From Desulfovibrio sp. (GTDB taxonomy: Bacteria > Desulfobacterota > Desulfovibrionia > Desulfovibrionales > Desulfovibrionaceae): DNA of 64,000 bases. The DNA is taken from positions 28,921-92,920 of the forward strand of contig JAVBPV010000033.1 in NCBI GenBank assembly GCA_031549405.1, written 5' to 3'. Every line of letters begins with the position of its first letter. The first letter of the stretch is position 1. This document shows, in pieces, positions 58,548 through 64,000 of the stretch. A program made the position numbers and the translations under genes. The notes below the pieces were generated by a model, which ran no database searches, had not been told where the DNA came from, and saw only the letters and a list, made by a program, of their open reading frames with translations.

Positions 58548-60347
58548 TTACGGATGGGGCGTTCCGGAGCAGTGTTTGTCGACAATTTTTTTCAGCGTAT
58601 CCCTTTCTCGGGTGAGCGTTGAGATTTGAGCGCGCGCTGTTCGTATTTCCTCGGAAATCGAGTTAATATAGGCCAGAAGCTCGCCTGGCGTGTAGCGGAT
58701 GGAAATTTTGATGGATTTATAACTGTCCACCGTTTGTGAGCCTGTCGCTTCAATATGGAATTTTTTCAGCCAGATAAGGAACGCTTCCTGGTCTTTTTCA
58801 GAAAACGGCAGTTGCAGTTCCCTCATGACCAACAGAGAGATCTCCCAGATGCCAAAAGGGGTTCCGGCGCTGGGTTGCTCCACATCTCCTACGGATTGGA
58901 AGCAGACTAGCAGACTGTAAAAAACAAGAAAATTTAGTTGGATAAGTGCATTCCCGTAATGCCATTCCTGATCGATGAAAATAAAATGTCCATCCGGACC
59001 TATGATGACGTTTTTTGCTATGCAATCCATCATGGATGAGGGCACCATCTTTCTGCCGTCTAGGTCCACGGAGCGGCTTTCCCAGCTTTGCAGCAGGGAG
59101 CGCTGCCATTGGGCTATGTGCGCCGGAGTCCAATGCTTTTTGTTGACGGCGGCATAGAAGCCGTCAATGTATTTTGCATGCGGCGCGTAAGGTTCTTCTT
59201 CGGCAAAAGAGCTTTGCAGGGCGGTTATGGTTGGGACCGTACCAGCGTACAGGGAGGAACGCCGCACGATAATCGTCTGCTCACGCTGCATAAAGTACGT
59301 TTGCTTGGCGAATTGAGGCCTGCGCGGCAAGCCGTAGTGAACTGCCAGGGGAGTTTCCGTACCTGTGGGATCGTCGCTGGGGGGCTGTGCCTCCGCGCTT
59401 GCGACAAAATATAAAGAGTTGCAAAGATCCCAGGCAAGCCCGTTACGCACGGCAACACTCCAGGCCCTTTCCAGAGAGAAAAGACGATGGAGGTTCGGAT
59501 GTGCATGAGAGTTGCAATTTTCCACCAACAGAGCTGCCAAATCGAAGCGCTCCGGGGACAGGGCGCGGGCTTCCGGAAAAACGACGGCGGTGGGCAACTT
59601 ATAGTCCGGCAGGGGCAGATATTGTTGCAGAGCGGAGAACCCTGCACGTTCCAACCGGCGGCGCATTTCCGCGACGCCGAAGGTGACGATGCCCCGCTCG
59701 TCATAGGCGTCGTTGACGCCTGCCATGGGCTGGTTCAGGTGGTCTTCCGGCTCTCCGGCAAGATATTTAAGGCCCAGTTGATTTTCCAGGGCAAGAATGA
59801 GTACGCCGGATGGGGACAGCAGGGATTTTGCCTTACTGAGTAAGGTTTGGATGGGGTCTTCGCTTTTCGCGTCAAAAAGCCGGGCATATTCCAGCACCCC
59901 TATAAGCGTGACCACATCGTATGGGGCGTCGGGGAAGTCTGCGTGTAAAATATTGTCACAGTAAATCCGCACGTTATCCAGGCCCAGGCAGCGCGCGGCC
60001 GCTATGGCGGCCCGGCGGGGGCTGCCTTCCACCATGGTTACCTGGCGGCAGGTTTCGCCCAGGTAGCGCGTAATGGCGCCGCAGCCGCCCCCCAGCTCCA
60101 GAACAGAGGCTTCCTTGAGCAAATGCTCTTGCGGTCGCAGCAGATTGGAGCGCAAGGGGCTGAGGTGGTAGCGCGTAGGCCAGTCCGTGATCTTTTCCAT
60201 CAGCTCCATGGAAAGCACACGCCTGTCCGTGGCGTTGGACAGTATGGCACGCAGGCGGTTCTCCACGGCATCGCCGTCGGAGTAAGCGAAGCCCTCGTGC
60301 GAGGGGCGTCTCCAGAATTTTCCGGCTTCATCGTAAATATAGCTCAT
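58548..60347 (-). CDS. Class I SAM methyltransferase with a kinase-like region and coiled-coil tail
   Basis: VLELGGGCG, YDVVTLIGVLEY and ENQLGLKY; DCIAKN...IDQEW; GAGG RBS before the ATG at 60347. Confidence 0.82.
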   Translation of the reverse strand: MSYIYDEAGKFWRRPSHEGFAYSDGDAVENRLRAILSNATDRRVLSMELMEKITDWPTRYHLSPLRSNLLRPQEHLLKEASVLELGGGCGAITRYLGETCRQVTMVEGSPRRAAIAAARCLGLDNVRIYCDNILHADFPDAPYDVVTLIGVLEYARLFDAKSEDPIQTLLSKAKSLLSPSGVLILALENQLGLKYLAGEPEDHLNQPMAGVNDAYDERGIVTFGVAEMRRRLERAGFSALQQYLPLPDYKLPTAVVFPEARALSPERFDLAALLVENCNSHAHPNLHRLFSLERAWSVAVRNGLAWDLCNSLYFVASAEAQPPSDDPTGTETPLAVHYGLPRRPQFAKQTYFMQREQTIIVRRSSLYAGTVPTITALQSSFAEEEPYAPHAKYIDGFYAAVNKKHWTPAHIAQWQRSLLQSWESRSVDLDGRKMVPSSMMDCIAKNVIIGPDGHFIFIDQEWHYGNALIQLNFLVFYSLLVCFQSVGDVEQPSAGTPFGIWEISLLVMRELQLPFSEKDQEAFLIWLKKFHIEATGSQTVDSYKSIKISIRYTPGELLAYINSISEEIRTARAQISTLTRERDTLKKIVDKHCSGTPHP

Positions 60348-60528
60348 GGTACCTCTTGGGGGGCGTCTGCCCACCTGGCGGCCACGCGGATTCATCTGCG
60401 GCCCGGCGAGCTCCTTATCACCCTGCATCCTGCGATATGTGCGGCTGACACGTGCCCACCGTGTTGCCTTCTACGCGGGGCGTGTTGCTTTTGCAATACG
60501 GGTGGGATCAAACCGTAACCATGCCTGT

Positions 60529-61362
60529 TTAATCAGGATGGTCCTGGGGAACGCTTTTAGTCGAGCAGACAAGTTCATTGGATTGATTATACTCAACAAC
60601 GGTATACGTGTTAAAAAGTAGTCCCACATTTCTGTGGCTATCAATGTAAAAATTGTTCGCCCAATGTGAGACTTCATCTGAAGAGATAGTTTTAAATTCT
60701 GCCATTTCGCCATCGCCAAGATACCAGTCAAGATGCTTGGCTTCAAAAGGAGCATAGACGCGCAATCCGATTTTCCCCCGGCGAAATACGCTTCCTTTTC
60801 TATGTACCGCAAAAGTTGTATCAAAGGGAGCCACTATAGCGGCACATTTGCCAAACGGCGTATCTATCCATGTCGGCGTTTTTTTCCAAAACTGATCCAC
60901 GTGTCGGTTGATAACTTGATTAAATAGTGGATAACTTTTACGTATATCAGAAATTTTTAACATAGGCCCACAACATTGGATATCCTTAAATATGTCAAGT
61001 AAATACTTGTATAAAAGGATTGCGTTTGGTGATGCGATACTAAGATCTATATCGCAATCTGTAACGATATAGTCTCGCTGCGGGCCGTATTCTTTAAAGT
61101 ATCTTTCTATGGAAGAGTTAACGTTTATAAGTTCATTTGCATGGTGTATCTTCTTCCTATAGTATACCTTCGCTCTTTTCCTTTCGTAAAATTTCAATTC
61201 TTCCAGGGTGTTCGGGTCGTCGCTACCGTTATCATGTATGATGATATCAATGTCGGCATTTTGTGCATGGTATGAAGATACAGCTCTTCTCAGCCATCTA
61301 TGTCTATTGAAGGAAATAATGAAAATAGGAATGGGGGGAGCGGCACTGGTATGGACGTTCAT
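60529..61362 (-). CDS. GT2-like glycosyltransferase (low GC)
   Basis: IFIISFNR, HDNGS, TDCD (DxD) and DTTFA; AGGAG RBS. Confidence 0.8.
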   Translation of the reverse strand: MNVHTSAAPPIPIFIISFNRHRWLRRAVSSYHAQNADIDIIIHDNGSDDPNTLEELKFYERKRAKVYYRKKIHHANELINVNSSIERYFKEYGPQRDYIVTDCDIDLSIASPNAILLYKYLLDIFKDIQCCGPMLKISDIRKSYPLFNQVINRHVDQFWKKTPTWIDTPFGKCAAIVAPFDTTFAVHRKGSVFRRGKIGLRVYAPFEAKHLDWYLGDGEMAEFKTISSDEVSHWANNFYIDSHRNVGLLFNTYTVVEYNQSNELVCSTKSVPQDHPD

Positions 61363-61527
61363 AATCACTCCTGATCTCATAGGGGGAAGCCGGTGTTTCC
61401 GGAGATAGGATAATGCGTATGTAGTAGCTCTTGAATATATAGCCTATTTTACGAGAATTGTTATACTTTCAGGCTATATATGCGTATAGTAAATATATTT
61501 ATTGTTTTTATTATATCAATATTAACG

Positions 61528-62232
61528 CTATCCTTTTGGTTTCAGGACAAGAAGGCAGTCTGGATTTCCGTTAATATAATTATTGATATTGCCTTGTCCA
61601 ATCTTTTCTTCTCTATCGTTATGGAAATCGTAGCAGTCAAAAAGTGCTGTAATGCCTTCTGGCTTTGCAGGGATTTTTTTCCAGAAAAGTTGATGCAGGG
61701 ACAAGAAGACAACAAAATTTTTTTGAGAGGATAATTTCTTGAGATCTCGCATCAGGAAAAGTTCAGAGCCTTCGATATCTATTTTGATTATACTCAGATC
61801 CTGAGCAGAGATACCATTATCTTTAAGGATGTCTCCAAGGGTGGCAGTGACCACTTTAAACCTTCCGCCAAGAGATTTTGTGGAAGAGCCTCCATTTAAG
61901 AGCGGTTCCCCAAATTGTATTATCTCATTTGAGATCGGGTAGATACATCTGTTTATTATAGTAACACGATCATCGATATAACTCAGCCGGCAATTTTCTT
62001 TGAGAGAGTGCGCGTTGATAGGATCCGCTTCAACAGCGTAGATGTGCCGCGCATTGTTGGCAAAGCCGATGAAAACGGTCGGACCAATCCATGCCCCTAT
62101 ATCGAGTATGGAGCGGTCCGGTCGGGTATACTTCGCGTAAAGATCCTTGATTTCCGGTTCCCAGGCAGAGAAGCTTTCCAGAAACCAGGGGCTCTTCACC
62201 GTGAAAGAAAATCCGTTGTATAACATTTTCAT
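61528..62232 (-). CDS. FkbM family methyltransferase (low GC)
   Basis: LDIGAWIG, VEADP and IKIDIEGSE; AAGGA RBS before the ATG at 62232. Confidence 0.88.
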   Translation of the reverse strand: MKMLYNGFSFTVKSPWFLESFSAWEPEIKDLYAKYTRPDRSILDIGAWIGPTVFIGFANNARHIYAVEADPINAHSLKENCRLSYIDDRVTIINRCIYPISNEIIQFGEPLLNGGSSTKSLGGRFKVVTATLGDILKDNGISAQDLSIIKIDIEGSELFLMRDLKKLSSQKNFVVFLSLHQLFWKKIPAKPEGITALFDCYDFHNDREEKIGQGNINNYINGNPDCLLVLKPKG

Positions 62233-62282
62233 GCGGTTTTCCTTTTTGGATTGTATCTTTTCCGGAATTGCCTTGGGGTATA

Positions 62283-62531
62283 CTACGCTAGATATTTCCG
62301 TACTCCGCAAGAAAATATGGGCAGGGCATAGCCTGAAAGAATACTTGAGGCCAGACAAGATTTTGCTTCCGAGGCAGATGGGTGCCAACGGTGTGCCGCA
62401 AACGCCTGCACTTCCGGCCCGTTGTTGGTCAGGCGGCACCGGTCCCAGATATTCTGCAGGCCGGAACAGAATTCCCGCAAATCGGGAAGGGACGGTTCCG
62501 TGACGTAAAGGGGGTGCTCAAACGGTATCAT
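62283..62531 (-). pseudogene. Truncated DegT/DnrJ (VioA-like) sugar aminotransferase remnant
   Basis: First ~44 aa (MIPFEHPLYVTEPSLPDL..IWD...LTNNGPEVQAF) resemble VioA-type N-termini; similarity then ends and a stop follows. Confidence 0.7.
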
Positions 62532-62980
62532 GAAAAATCCTCGGCGATGGGGACAAGACCGGTGAAGCCTGCAAGGGCCTTACAGGGATAAGCAAAAGGG
62601 GTGCCATATATCCACAGGTCTTTTTTCCTTATATGCCAAGGGGGAAGCCGGCACGGAATCCATTTGGTCAAAAAACTGACGGCGGACGAGCGAGAGCGCG
62701 TTTTTTTTAAGCGATTACACGCGCGAAAATTGAGATAATTCTCCTCGCCGGGCTGAAGAAAGAGGCGGGGGAAATGTGACGCTGTGGGACGAACATACAA
62801 ATCGAGCAAAAGGATCGTTTCGACTGAAAATCCGATTTCGGGCTTTTTCATGCGGCTTTCGGAGGTAGAAATCATTTCGCGCTGAATTGTGGAATAATTT
62901 CTTGTCAAATGCTCTGGTATCAAATTTGCAATAAATTTTATCTAACTAATCCTTTCAAGCATCATGCGCCGGAGCTCGCC

Positions 62981-64000
62981 ATGCCAACGGTCGCTCAAGC
63001 AAAAAAAATACGTATTGCCGTTGTCGGCTGTGGGCGTATCAGCGCGAAACATTTTGAAGCCGTTGCGCAGAACGGCGACGATATGGAATTGGCCGCCGTC
63101 TGCGACTCCAGCCGTGAACTTGCGGAAAAATATGCCACCCGGTACGGCGTGCCAGGCCATCTAAAGTATGAGGATCTGCTGCGCGAAAGCGACTGCGATC
63201 TCGTTTCCCTGTGCACCCCCTCGGGGTTGCATTCTTCTCAAGCCATACTGGCGGCACGTCACGGAAAACATGTGATGACGGAAAAACCCATGGCCACCCA
63301 CTGGCAGGAAGGTCTGGACATGGTGCGCGCCTGCGACGAAGCCGGGGTCCGCCTTTTCGTCATCAAGCAGAACCGTTTGAATCCGCCTTTGCAGGCCCTG
63401 AAACGGGCCGTCACGGAAAAACGTTTCGGCAGAATTTACATGGTTCACATGAACGTGTTCTGGACAAGGCCGCAGGAATATTACGATTCCGCTCCCTGGC
63501 GGGGCACCTGGGAAATGGACGGCGGCGCATTCATGAACCAGGCCAGCCACTATGTGGATCTTCTGGACTGGCTGATCGGTCCTGTGGCTGACGTCCAGGC
63601 CATGACCGGCACCCTGGCCCGCGACATAGAGGTGGAGGATTCCGGGGTGATGAATGTGCGCTGGCGCAACGGGGCGCTCGGCTCCATGTCCGTGACCATG
63701 CTGACATACCCCAAAAACCTCGAAGGTTCTATCACCATATTGGGCGAAAAAGGCACGGTGCGCGTGGGTGGCGTCGCGGTCAACCGCATTGACCACTGGG
63801 AATTCGCGGAAGGCTCGGACTACGATGCCGACGTCAGAAATTGCGGGTATGAACCCTTGTCCGTATACGGCAATGGCCACGGCGGCTACTTTCGCAACGT
63901 GGCGGATGTGTTGCGGGGCCGCGCCGCGCCGGAGACCGACGGCCGCGAGGGCTTGCGCTCTCTGGAGCTTTTAATCGCCGCCTATCTGTCGGCGCGGGAT
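62981..64000 (+). CDS. Gfo/Idh/MocA oxidoreductase, WlbA/WbpB-like UDP-sugar 3-dehydrogenase (runs off the window)
   Basis: Manual translation: MPTVAQAKKIRIAVVGCGRISAKH..., TEKPMA, WRGTWEMDGGAFMNQASHYVDLLDWL. Confidence 0.88.
   Translation, partial: MPTVAQAKKIRIAVVGCGRISAKHFEAVAQNGDDMELAAVCDSSRELAEKYATRYGVPGHLKYEDLLRESDCDLVSLCTPSGLHSSQAILAARHGKHVMTEKPMATHWQEGLDMVRACDEAGVRLFVIKQNRLNPPLQALKRAVTEKRFGRIYMVHMNVFWTRPQEYYDSAPWRGTWEMDGGAFMNQASHYVDLLDWLIGPVADVQAMTGTLARDIEVEDSGVMNVRWRNGALGSMSVTMLTYPKNLEGSITILGEKGTVRVGGVAVNRIDHWEFAEGSDYDADVRNCGYEPLSVYGNGHGGYFRNVADVLRGRAAPETDGREGLRSLELLIAAYLSARD

Noticed and set aside
62528-62923. 131-aa minus-strand ORF between the VioA remnant and the WlbA-like gene
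   Set aside because: No motif or clear RBS; more likely a divergent promoter region.

Overview
GC-rich bacterial chromosomal window, most likely Desulfovibrionaceae. This is inferred from the Desulfovibrio-type bacterioferritin, the TrmD-SPOUT fusion, pta-ackA-DRTGG and the sfsA/aspartate aminotransferase/pgi order. It is mostly housekeeping: pgi, der, pta, ackA, tgt, rnhB, the ffh-rpsP-khpA-rimM-trmD-rplS cluster, acrAB-tetR, an orphan mdtB, ruvX-mltG, PBP1A. The right end is a lower-GC surface-polysaccharide locus. No tRNA, rRNA, CRISPR array or transposase was seen. The most interesting signal is non-coding: a complete sigma-54 promoter (two tandem GTGCG-N4-CGCAC palindromes, an AT-rich spacer, TTGGCACG-N4-TTGC) points at a ~170-nt stretch with no credible protein. 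That stretch folds into consecutive hairpins with repeated C-rich loops (CCCCCCU) and ends in a U-tract, so it is a candidate undescribed sRNA (about 25872-26044). Other notable items are two ~430-470 bp foldback elements with a compensatory base change, triplex-like G/C/C motifs, a second dispersed repeat family, a shared 24-bp upstream motif, many in-frame low-complexity insertions in conserved proteins, and a WbdD-like methyltransferase/kinase/coiled-coil gene. All calls are by eye; no searches were run.
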